NCBI RefSeq assembly: GCF_018977255.1
Contig: NW_024704742.1
Span: forward strand, 40,426,001-40,490,000
DNA from: Callorhinchus milii
Taxonomy: Eukaryota
Length of the DNA stretch: 64,000 nt
Reading direction: 5' to 3'
Shown here: one piece after another, positions 51,974 through 64,000 of the stretch
Position numbering within the stretch: position 1 is the stretch's first letter
Layout: every line of letters begins with the position of its first letter
The notes under the pieces: model-generated
Told to the model about the DNA's origin: nothing
The model's input: the letters and a program-made list of their open reading frames with translations, nothing else
Database searches by the model: none
Translations under genes and position numbers: made by a program

Positions 51974-52087
51974 AACAGATACAAGGCTGGGTCCAGTTCA
52001 TAGGGTGGGTCGGTGGTATATAATAATATTATTATTATAACAGATACAAGGCTGTGTTCAGTTCATAGGGTGGGTCGGTGGTATATA
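51974..52087 (+). repeat. ~49-nt direct duplication separated by an AT-rich spacer
   Basis: AACAGATACAAGGCTG...GGTCGGTGGTATATA at 51974 and at 52039. Confidence 0.9.
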
Positions 52088-52868
52088 CAGTATGTTGGTT
52101 TCTCAATGCTGAATGATGTCAACGATTATGTTGCTGCAAATCTAAGTTATTGCATTGCGCACTTAAAATAGGTCATGGCACCCTGTAGGTTTGTGCTACA
52201 GAAAAGCATACAGGATTTTGTGGAAGTCGAAACTGTTCAGCGTTGAAGGTTTTCAGCGCACAGAATGATTGCATAACACCACTGTGGCGAAAGCACTTAC
52301 TGGGGAATGCGAGCTGGGAAAGATTCTGTTGCTCAGTAATCCAGAAATTCTCTGGGAGGCTGCCAGGAAGTGCAGTGGGGATTTAAACTGAATGATAAGA
52401 AAGGTTTGGACCCATTTCTATTATATCCGAATATGCTCTCATTACTGTTGTGTGGGTCATCTGGGGTGGGGGGAATAGCATAGGATACGTAGCTTTAGTG
52501 GGACTCAATATAGTCTGTCAAACGTGTATTTTAATTCATTCAAATTTGATGGAAACATCATGCCATTTTAATCTTTAAAGTGGAGGTGCAGGTATTTAAC
52601 AAATGTATTCAGTAACATTAAAAAAACGTGTACTGGCCCTTACAATTTTGGCAATTTAGCTTGAATGTTTGCTTCATATTTGGCTGTTGAAAGTATGTAC
52701 GATTAAAGTTGCTTTGATTTACACCAATTACCCATTGTAGATTAGATGTGGTTTTCATGACACAATGGCCTATATAGAAATTATAAGGTACCTATGTGTT
52801 ATAATCTCTTTGTTCTGTATATCGTGAATGACATTTGCTGGTTGTACCTGGAATTGGAACAAGATATG

Positions 52869-53280
52869 TCAGCTTGACTCCGTTGGTAGCACTCTCGCCT
52901 CTGGGTCAGAAGATTGTGGGTTCACGCCACATGTCAGAGACTTAGCTTGCAGTATAGGCTGACATTTTAGTGAAGTGTTGGTGGAGTGCTGCATTGTCAG
53001 GGGTAGCGTTCTTTGAATTCGATGTTAAATCAAAGTCCTATTTGTTTGTTCAGGTGGATGTTGGACATGATTGAAAAAGAGAAGGGAGTTTCGTCTGTTG
53101 TCCGAACTAACAACCCTCCAAAATGAATTGGTCATTCACCTCTTGGCTGTTTGTGGGGCATTGCTGTGAGCAAATTAGCTGCTGTATTTGTCTGCAAATA
53201 CAGCTATTAGATTTAACAGTAATTACTGTAAAACATTTTGATATAAGCACTATAAATCAAATACAGGCATTATTCATTAA
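52869..53280 (+). mobile_element. Deu-domain-type SINE in CPEB2 intron 1
   Basis: Same head and core as 25122-25540; another copy at ~61262-61690. Confidence 0.65.
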
Positions 53281-53957
53281 TGTGAATTCAAAAACAACTA
53301 GAAAAATGACATATTTTTGGTGCCTGAAAATCTGGGGATATTATGCTATATTACTACTGTTAAAGAAAATCTGTCGCAGTGGGTTAGAAATCCCAGCAGC
53401 TGAAATCAGTCCAGACTGATGATCCAAATGTCTCCTCCGTTAGATCTAAGAGGCCTAACTGAAATTATTTCAAGCATTCTTAGATACCACAACACAAAAC
53501 TGTTCTTAATTTGTCACTGGTTGGTATTAAATTTTCAATCTAGCTTAGATAGGCCAAGGATGGTGGGAGAATTGGAGAATGTAATGCTAGGATATTGGAG
53601 AAGTGTTCTTGTAAGGTTGATTTTGAAGCAGCAGAAGTGGGGGATTTACTGTGAATCGAACTGAACGTGAACTGGGATTGCTTTATGCTGGCATCTCTTC
53701 TGTATACTAGCATGACATTCACAAAATAGTTATATAAAAAGGAATTGAACACACTACTTGGAGTGTTCAAACCATTAAGAAGGGGACAAAAGCTGAAATT
53801 TTATCATTGATCTTTCAATGATTTTTCTATTCCTATAATTTAAAATGTTGTTTAAATTCTTCTACAGGAATTTAATTGTTGCATGGAAAATATTGCAAAA
53901 TGTCTGACGTTTGTAATTTATGGTTTAATAAAGTAAGTTTGTTATTGTTGTTAGCAG

Positions 53958-54236
53958 CCCATAATGAAACAATCTCCATGGAACAGCCACCAGAGCAGTG
54001 GGTGGAGCGCAGGAGTCTCTTGGGGAGGCATGTCGACAAGAGATCACCGTAGAGCTGCTGGAGTAGGGATGCCGGCAACAATGAACCAAATTTCTCCACT
54101 GAAGAAACCTTTCTCCAGTAATGTCATAGCGCCACCCAAATTTCCTCGTTCAGCCCCAACACTGACACCAAAATCCTGGATCGAAGACAATGTTTTCAGG
54201 ACCGACAACAATAGCAACACTCTGTTACCTTTACAG
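53958..54236 (+). CDS. CPEB2: CPEB2 coding exon 2
   Basis: Encodes PIMKQSPWNSHQSSGW...MNQISPLKKPFSSNVIAPPKFPRSAPTLTPKSWIEDNVFRTDNNSNTLLPLQ, which closely matches recalled human CPEB2 (PLLKQSPWSNHQSSGW...KSWIEDNVFRTDNNSNTLLPLQ). Acceptor ttagcag| and donor CAG|GTAAGA, both phase 0; 279 nt. Confidence 0.93.
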
Positions 54237-57200
54237 GTAAGAACAGGACATGCTGTTTTTTTGGCATACACAGTAGTGAAGACATGAAATATAGTGTACT
54301 TTCCTTAAGAGCATGTTTCACCATCAGTAGTTTTTAAAAACACAAAAAAATCAAGTTACAAAGAATGATTATTAACTTTTATTCTTCCCCTCCCCAAGTT
54401 TAAACAGTGAAATGCTGATGACATCATTGGAGGAATATTCTTGGAGGAGTTACTGAGCTAGATAGTGTCTAGGAGCAGAAATAATATCAACAAGGATGAA
54501 CTAATTAAATCAGGGTGTTTTGTATACATAACAATTGTTAATTTATCTTCCTACCTGTTAGGTTTGGTAACTCCTGATTGAACTCCTACCTGCTCTCTTT
54601 TCCCCCAATAAAACCACCAGTATTTGAAAATGAAACAGATGGAATGGTAAGTACACCACTCAGTATGGTACTGAGCCACAGAGCCTCACATTTTATCTTG
54701 GCTGCGTTAGCTGAAGTCAGCCTCGTCATTTATTTAAGGCGGCACAACACTTGGCCTGTATTATTATTTCTATAACACTTGGCCTCAATGTTGTCCTGTT
54801 CAGAGAAGAGGCGTGCAAGTATAGATGTTCCTTTTTCTTCCCAGAATGTGCGTGTTGATTGAGCTTGGCTTAGATATGCCCATGATCAAATAGCCTAGTG
54901 ACATTTGTTGTCTTAAGTTTGATATGAAGAATAGCCAATTAGTTGATTTACTGGAAGGGTTGATGTTGCCTTTCAAACACCTGCCTATGTGTTACTACTA
55001 CCTTTGAGTGAACAGAGTAGATTATCTGGTGATGACAGGTAAATAAAAGAAAATTTGTTTTTACAACAGCTTCAAGGTGCTGATATTAAAACTTAGCCTA
55101 ATAAGGTATCCTTTGTGTGTTAATTCAAATGTAATGTACCCATACTCTTTGCGAAGGTACATGAAAACGCATTGAAAGATATCTTAATAACATAATGAGC
55201 GAATTGATTCCTTAACTGGGTTGGTGCAGCTGTTCTGTCAACGTGTGTGAGTCAATTTAGTTCAGTGATGGACATGATGGGGTGATATTTGCATTTAGTT
55301 ACTATATTACTCCACATGCCTTTTATTTACCTCAGAGGGAGTGGGAGCCCGGTTGTTGGTCGATTGGCAGATCGCTTTTCCAGGGGTAATAATCTCTTTT
55401 AAACAAAACAAATAAACAATAAATAAAAGTAATGATAATATGATCAGTCAATCCATGACTGTTTGTGGGAAACTGCTGTATGCAATTGGCTTCCGCATCC
55501 ACAACATATAGTCAATTCACTTTAAAGTATATCCTGTGAAGCTCTTTGATACTTCTAGAAGAGCAGGTCATAGGAATAGAAGTAGTCGTTTTATATAAAT
55601 ATATATATATTTAATCTATAATGTTTATTTAGCAGATCATTAGAGGTATAAATATTTCTAATCAGAATCTGCCAAATACATCAAATTAAGATGTAAGACT
55701 TTAAATATAGCAATGCAAATGCTAGTTTCATATCTGTTTTTGTGATGATACTGGACCTGAAACTGCTTCGAGTTACATTACAAAAGGTTTTTTTTGTCCA
55801 GAAGCCCTTGGAATAACATTGCACGTACTATCAAAATCTTTTCAAGCAACAGCTTGGGTAAGCTGTTATTTGTCAGGGTGGGGGAGGGAGGGAGGGGTGT
55901 GCTGGTAGACTATTTGACTGAGGGAGGGTTGGAGAAGATGGGTACAAGAGCCAGACCTGCTCCTTGTCCTTGTAGAATATTGATGTAAAATGGACAGTGA
56001 TTAGTAATGGGCACCCTGTTTTTTTCTCTTCCTTTCTCTAATCATCCTGCACCCAGAGATTAATTTAAGCGTTTTTACTGCTACCCTATCTGAGGTGAGT
56101 TAGCTCAGTACAGATTAGGGATAAGACCTTGGATCTGCCTTATAGCTGAGCTGTTTGCTGGAAAAAATTACTGAAGCTGCTGAAGCTAATTTCTATAAAT
56201 TACAGCATAAGAAACCAATCTGACAAACAATCTTTGGGAGATGATTCAAATAAACCCAATTAATTTCTATTATATTTTGGTTGGTTTTGGTCAGCCGGAT
56301 GTCTGACACATGCAGAAACCCATCACCATGCTTAGAAAATCCCATCTGAACATGGAAATTCCAGCGATGTTTATTAGAATGAAATGCGCCCTCGCCCTAG
56401 AGGGATGCATCCTGCTTACCTAATTCTGTGGTATTAGCTGCAGGTTGGCCAGAGCCAAGGGTTGGAACCCTAGCGTTTGTGTTGGGTCCCAAGCCTCAGA
56501 GTTTCCTCATCAGCTATCGGGCGGGCATCTGCCTTCAGCATGATGGGAGGATCTTTACAGCTTGTGACGTGGCAGCTACCTTGATGTTCTCGATGACCAA
56601 TGCTGCTTATTAGACACCAGCTGGTTAATCCAGATCCTCATGTGAGGAACCTTGGCAAATAGACATGCCCGCTGTGAAGCTGACTCTGCCTCCAGGATGC
56701 TCAATAACAGGTCAGTGTAGGCCGGTGCCCTCCTTCCTGCAGCCGCTTCCCGTGTTTGCCACAAATCCATTTCACTGCTTGATCCTGGACTTTGCAAATG
56801 GGCTGGAGGAACCCCAAGAGCTTGTTTATCACCTTGGTTCAAAAGATATATATGAAACTTGGTTTATGATGTGTTTGCAGTTCATGGTTTTAAATGCTTA
56901 TTTGACAGAACCCACCAGAAGGCAGAATTGTGAACATGACTCAGTTGATATTGTGCTACAGGAGTGATGTTCAATCGCTAGAACTGTTTCTGGCCACCCT
57001 TTGCCCTTTGTGATGGGGAAATGCATGCAAACTGCGAACGAATAAGGCAGTGCACATGCACTAAATTGAACAGCATCTGTGTTCTAACAGTTTTTAACCT
57101 AATTTATAATTGCAAAAGGTTTTCCTCATTTTGGAACTACAAAATATTGCAGTTTAAAATATGTTTATTTGGAATTGATACAGTGGGATGGATACATACA

Positions 57201-60200
57201 GTATTGTCTTCCTCTTCCCCTCCCCAACTTATCACTTTTCTTCATCCAGGAGTATTGTTGGGTCACACTAAGAATACATGTTTCTAAGTTACTTATTTTC
57301 TAAGCTACACTTTAACAGGTGTCTTGAACTTTATTTGTAACGTGTAAAAGGGCGCGTTACTTATTTAATTACATTATAGTAGAACTGTTAAGACCCCCCC
57401 TTGTAATGCTGTTTCACGTATATTCCCTGTGGACTTGTCCTGGCTTCAGCCCGGGTTAATCAGCTTACAGTGAGCTGCCTGCCTTCCAACCTGCTCATCA
57501 GGTTGCTGCCGATATCAAGCAGGAAGTGAAGCTGTTGGCGACTTGATGACCTGGAAGTCAGCCATTTTTTAGCAAAAGAAGCTAACTTTTTGCAAGCATT
57601 CATAGTGAATGTGGAAGAGGTGAGCTTGATCGAGCTCTTCTATAAAGCATGCTAGGATGTTATGTACTTCCAACAGCCATCTTATAATATCTTATACTGT
57701 ATATTTATCCTTAGAGGTAAATTTTCAAGATTGAGGTGGATAGTTAAGGGTATCAAGGGATATGGGGCAAAGGCGGGTAATTGGCGTTGAGGTGCAGATC
57801 TTATAGAATGGCAGAACAGGCTCAAGAGGCTGAATGGCCTACTCCTGTTTCTATATGTGCTTGATTTAGTGTGGTTATTCAAAAGCAGAAGCTCCACTGA
57901 ATGATTTTGTTAAAACATTTGGAAAGTACATGTACTTGTTAGCTTTTGATTTTCTTGTTGTCAGCCGGGTGTCTGACACATGTGGAAACCCGTCCCATGC
58001 TTAAGAGTATCCAAACCAAACGAGAATTCCGTGTATCCCATCTACACATGGAAATCCCAGAGATAGATTGTTGTAATGGAATGATTCATTCCCTCTCCTG
58101 CAGTTATTGTTAGCTGTTCTACCATTCTTGGTCTCCCACAGACTCTGATTAGTAGCCATAATCGCTCAAAATATTTAGAATTGATGACGAATTCTGAAAG
58201 CTCTTAATATTTAACCATCGTAACTGAATTCTTGTGGTAACAACTATCTCAGCCTCGGAAATGGCAAAACATTCTGTTTCTCTATCTAAACTCTTTCCTT
58301 TTTGCACATATGCCTAGATTGTGCTGGTCAGTAGTGAAGGTGATCATCAATTTTTGTACTCTCTCTTTGTCTGTTACAGATAACAGGAGTATTGTGGGGG
58401 AAAATGTTATGGATATAGTTACTAAAGGTCCACATAAGTCTTTAGCAAAAACTGAAATGCATTTGGTTACTCCTGTGATTTTTCACTCAATATAAATAAT
58501 CTGGCCATTCACCACTACTGAAGAATTGTTAAGACGTACTGCAAATACTGTTTTTACTAGTTTTACAGTAAAACTGCTTGTGTTCTGATTTAGGCTTGTA
58601 CAGAATCAATATGAAATTAATATACTGTGTTATGTGAGATTTTGCAGTGAGGGATGAAAATTATCTTCTATTTGCAACATTTTTAGAATTAAAATGTGTT
58701 TGTTCTTACTATCAAATTTACATACATCTGCACATAATATACATATTTGGTTTTTATGCCTTTTTTTGGATGAGAAAATACCTTAGTTGTGTAAGTTAAT
58801 AAGCTACATATTTAGAGTTTGGATAAGTTAAAGTTAGAGAAATGCTGAAATTGTTTCGCTGACTGATTATGTTGAGTGGAAATTAGTTGTGAGCATTTGG
58901 TGACAAGTGACTATTTCCTTCCAATTCAGTCTTGCTGATTGATAAATCAAGATATTCGTCTAATAAAACTGGAGCACGCTTACTGAGTAACTGTACTGTT
59001 CTTATCTGGTGAGAAATATTCTTGTTCCTCTAAATGTTGCTTATGTCTTACTGGATCAGCGTTCCTAATGTTACCAACCATATGATTCTGACATTCCCTA
59101 TGAATTTTCACATTCTTGCAGGAGTTAGTGTAGCCTTGAGGAGGATATTGCAGACTTTCAGAAAGTCTGTCCTTCACACAAATAATTTAATTGAACTAAC
59201 ATTTTTGAATTGATTTTCTTTGAAAATGTTTAGGCATTGTTGACCCTTGGAAATGTATGTAGTTTAATTATTTTTAAATTAAATTCCCCATCCCCTGAAG
59301 AAAATAAATGTACAATAAGATTTAAATCACGATATTTGGGATCTTAAGTGGATCTCATTTTTACTCGGGTATTGCTTCATGGAACAAGTATTTGAATTGA
59401 ATTTCGAATTCTGAATTTTAACAGAATGAACAGCGCTTCTGTCATCATTGGAATACTGCAACTGCCGGTGGCAGACATAATGTTGCAGTAGCAATGGAAA
59501 GTTAAATGTACTGCTGCAAACTACAGGCACTGAGATCCATCCACAGAGCCATCAGTTGTTTGGCAGTAGACATAAATACTTTGCTGTAAGAGTTAGATTG
59601 CTATTTTTTTTGATGCTGACATACGTGTGCCGTAACCGGAAATATCTAATACCACCCATGTAGACCAGTAGTTTTCTGATTGCTCATCTGAGAGGACTTT
59701 CCCCACATATTATGGCTGCATTAATTGTTTCTCCGGTAGAGTGCATATGTCTTGGGGTGAATTGCACAGCCCTGTAAAGAGAACAACAATTAGCAGTTCA
59801 GTGCATTCATTGACCAGTTTTTGCACAACACAGTGATTTCAGATTTGTTGTGGATTGCATCAAGACGAGGAAATGCACTATGTTGGTGCTGCATACGGTG
59901 AAATATACTGTTGCAGAATCTGTTAAAGGATGCCTAGCCATTTGTCTTTCATTGATTTGATACAAGTATGTCTATGTTCAGTATTTTTTCTATGTACATT
60001 GAAATAATTTTTCAACCAAAAGCAAAACACGGGGAAATTGTGTTATAGTTGAGAATAATTTCCTTTCAGTGTCAAGTATTTGATAGGCTTTGAAGAGTTT
60101 AACATTAACTCTTAGAATGCATGTAACTGGATATTAGCTAGTGTACAATTTTAATAAAATCTTAATGTCTACAACAAATCCAGTGCAGTTGATGTCTTTA

Positions 60201-63200
60201 TGGACCTTGTAAGTGGATAGATAATTAAAATAATTATGCATGGCATGTTATGATACTTGGGATGATAGCCATTATTGCTGGGAAATTAAATACTTTTCCA
60301 CTTTTGTTATTTGGTGTCAGCCTCAAGCCCTCCCAGGCTGGTTACATTATGGGACAGATGCAGAATAAAACTGCTCTGTTTCAGCCCCTGAGCATCACTG
60401 AATAGCTTAAATTAAGTCATTTTTTTCATTTTCCCATTCCAGCCATCCTTAAGGCCCCTTTTATTGAGAGTGTCATTATGGGCCTTTGTCAGCAGTGTTG
60501 AGTGCTTTGAGACGTCCTCCTGACTTGAAGGGTACTATATAAATGTATGTTGTATTATACAGGTTTAATGTTTAAGTGAACCAAAATATGACCATATGAT
60601 TGCTACAAAGAGGTATTATAGTCTTGCACAAGATTTGCTGTGATGGTAGTGTCACTGTCCAGGTTCACGCATGAAGATGAACCACATGGGTATGGGAATG
60701 CAAGTTAATTGATGTTCTAAGATGCTGAAGGAGTTTCTGTCATTAAGAAAGCAAGCTATAGAGATTAAACTTCGAGAGGAAAGTTTGCTTTAACTGTGAT
60801 CTAAAAGCATGCCCTCTTCCAGCTTTAATGAGTGCTGAGCTAGCCAGTGGTATATCAACTGATTACAATTTCTGATCCCATCAGCTGTGGGAACGCTGGA
60901 GTTTAAAGGGTCAGATCGTTTCAGGATAGACTGATGCTGCTGCTGTGTCTCACACAAACAGACCCTTTTTCAAGGAAAGTTACCGTTTCTAAATTTTAAA
61001 AAATACGTTTATCTGGTGGAAGAAAATCACAATTGATTCATCTCTTAATAGGAGGGAAACCCCGGTTATGAAATTCAAAGCTTTAACAGTAATAACTTGT
61101 GTTTATATAAATTTTGATATAAAATGTATCAAAGTGCTTCACAAAATATAATTATCTAAGAAAAGATTAATGATATTGGCCAACATGTCTAATCTGTAAC
61201 AGCAATTTTCCTTAAACATTTTCAACCTATTCTTAACAGTGCAAATGTCTGGATAATTGACATTGGATAGCAAATATCCTCTGAGTCAGAATTTTGTGGG
61301 TTCATTGCCTCACTTCAAGCCTTTGAGCTCATTTAATCTCGGCTGACACACCAATCCAGTGTTGGGGTTGCACTGTATTATTGGAGATGCCATCGGTGAG
61401 ATGTTAAACAAAGTGCTGTCTACCTGTTTAGGTGGATGTCAAAGATTCCATGGCACTTCTCAAAAGGAGAAGGGAGTTTCTCTTATTATCTGAGCCAACA
61501 ATCCCACAAATAAAATTGGTCATTCACTTTATGGCTGTTGTGGGACATTTTTGCATGCAAGTTGGCTACTGTGTTTGCCAGCAAAATACATGACACTTTA
61601 CAGTATATCCTGTGAAAAACTTCGAGATATAACACTTTGTTCTCTCAATATGAAAGTTGTTATGTCAAATGCAAGGATTATTACTATTATAAATACAAAT
61701 TTGAACAGAAAATCATTCCAATGTTATGTTACTTTCTGTCACTAGTGATCCCACCCTTAGTTTGGGTGTAAAGTGCTTTGTGATGTCCTCAATGGGGAAA
61801 AATGCTACTTAAATTTGTATTTTATGTAGCATTTTACAAAGTGGAAATTGATGTTGGTCATATGGGAAATCTTAGCTTGTTATTTTCGAAACATGATTTT
61901 GTAATGGTATATAAGAACAGATATCTATTCTGTACATTTTAATTAAATCTTGTGAAAAGTACCTTATGTTTCCCAAACAAAACAGCAGTGTGGTGCAGCA
62001 CCAGTACGTAGATGCACAGGATTCTTCTCATCACTTTAGTTCTTCATCTCTGCAGCATCACTGCAGAAAGTGCAAATGTCTGATATTGTCTCACAAAAGG
62101 AAAATGCAAGGGGCAGTGAGTCGTTACTGAGCTTGGTAGTTTATAAAAGACATTAGGAAATGGAGATAGAAAAAATAGTTACAGGCATGAGTAGATCATT
62201 GGATAATCCAATCTACCTATCACAAGTTTCATAAAGATTTCTTCCACTACTTTAGTCTGTTCAATGAATAACCTTGAATCTTGTTAAACTCCAGGAATTT
62301 GTCTATTTTCTTCCAAAGAGAGATGTTGTCCAAACTTTCAGTACTTGAATACTTAACGGGGATGATCGGATAAATAAGATTGCTTAGTTTACACAATAGT
62401 GTCTCACTAAACAGGCTTCAGCTGCATTTTGTCTCTACCATGTACCCAATTTAATAAATGTTTTAAGAAAAGATTATATAAATATAGAAAAGGCACCAAA
62501 TAGGAATGTTTTTAACAGGTGAGATACTATAAGCTATTCTTTTCAAATAAGTTGCTTTACAGTCCCAATATTATAGTGAATCAGGTTGATTGTACAGATT
62601 GGTCTTAATCCTTATAGATATTGTAAATCTGGATTTTCTAATTCTTGAGAACTTTTGTGAAAGTGATTTAACCAATTCACAGTTTTTATAATATCTAGAA
62701 GAGTTTATGTAAAAGTTCTGTTTTATAATTGGAATTTTAAACTCTATCAACAATTGTTTAAGTGCTGTGCGCAGTGGGTAGCAGACTGGAGAGTAGTGAA
62801 AGTCTACATTATAGTTTTAGCATCTGAAAGTATTTTTGAATACGGATCCACAGTGTGTATGCTGTAATGTTTACTACATGCGAATGAGCAATAACATGCC
62901 ACTGCTTGAAGCTGTCATGCAATATTTAGTGTTGTATTAAAGCAAATCAGTAACAACTTGAAGTTTATTCATTGAAAGCCTTCAGGTTACGGCATCAAAG
63001 ATATTTCAATACTCAGTTACTCAGTTATCACCTTTTCTCTCCCAGTTCTACTTACGGATTATCAAATTCACTTGCATTCAACAATTTCCTTCCCCCAATT
63101 GCTGAGGAAGTTAATGTGTGATAATAAAATCACCTAGCTGCCAGATCATCATGTTCGCAATAATTTTCTAAAGCAAGAATACCAGGATCTCCCCATAAGG

Positions 63201-64000
63201 TTGCACTTTGGTCGGTTTTTTAAATAGCAAGACTGCTACAGTAACCTATGAAAAAGACAAAATGCAATGGGGGAGAATTTTAATGATGTAAGTTTAAAAA
63301 GTGAACAAGATTTTTTTTAATAGTTTTTCAAGTAAGGAAGAGTGCCAGTATCTTCAGAAGCAGCATTGATGCCTCATTTACCTTATATTGCTGTTGAAGT
63401 TGGAGCTGCTGTTGGCATCACTGCTGTAATATAAAAGCACCATCAGGCTGACTTGGCAAATTGTTTGAATTGTTCTCCTTGCATTCCAGCGCCTCCAGTT
63501 TTCAGTAAACATTTCCAAATCTTTTGCTAATTAAGCATTGTGGGCTGCTGTTCCACACTTGCCTGCTTCAGTAGAGAATTCATATTCGTTCAAACAGAAT
63601 TAAAAACATTTGCAAGTTTTAATTAATGATTTGTACTGTATATGATAAACTTGGTTAAAGCCTTCAGGTCACAAAAAGGCTATGTGAACACCCTCCCATG
63701 TTGGATAGTGTAAGGCTTTTGTGAAAATGATGAGAATGGAGCAAATAAATAAAATAAAAAGCAAATAAAAACAGTGTTTCCACAATCAATGTTTAAAGTT
63801 TCTTCCATTTTAGTTTTCTGTGCTTTTGATTGGGCAAACCCATAATACTGCACGGCCCAGTATGGTAATATGTTCACAAATTTCTACTGTTGCTGCTTGT
63901 ATCTAGATACTGTGAGTGGTGAGAAGGCTGCCAGATGTTTCCTTGTGGAATTGAGAGTGTATGTGTGTGTATGGTCTTTACCTGTTGGGTCTGATAGATG

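Noticed and set aside
56460..56530. Telomerase RNA (AACCCTA template-like sequence and GGGCGGG)
   Set aside because: It lacks the full CTAACCCTAA template and the conserved CR2/CR3 pseudoknot sequences.
54237..64000. Further CPEB2 exons (VRSSLQLPAW..., DRSRMYDSLN..., RRMs)
   Set aside because: I found no matching translation, so they are presumably absent or beyond the window.

Overview
Vertebrate genomic DNA, most likely from a cartilaginous fish. The SINE and LINE families look chimaera (Callorhinchus)-like, judged from recall. Bases 1-48 kb are a gene-poor, AT-rich intergenic tract dense in 5'-truncated L2 and CR1 LINE fragments, tRNA-derived SINEs (Ala-type and Val-type heads), older Deu-domain SINEs and a Helitron-like element, with several repeat-free blocks that may be conserved enhancers. 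A CpG-island promoter with a GC-box array at about 48.4 kb leads into CPEB2 (+ strand): a large low-complexity first coding exon ending at 50769, then exon 2 at 53958-54236. The RRM and ZZ exons lie beyond the window. There are two main observations. (1) The conserved CPEB2/4-type N-terminus (MGDxxFG..., QDE motif) is recognisable upstream of the open frame but is broken by stops and frameshifts. (2) The intron after exon 2 contains a ~340-nt rod-like fold-back (56427-56763) carrying a hammerhead-core-like motif on the minus strand and an overlapping near-miss HDV-like fold on the plus strand. Neither ribozyme-like motif is canonical. All homology calls are from recall, not database searches.
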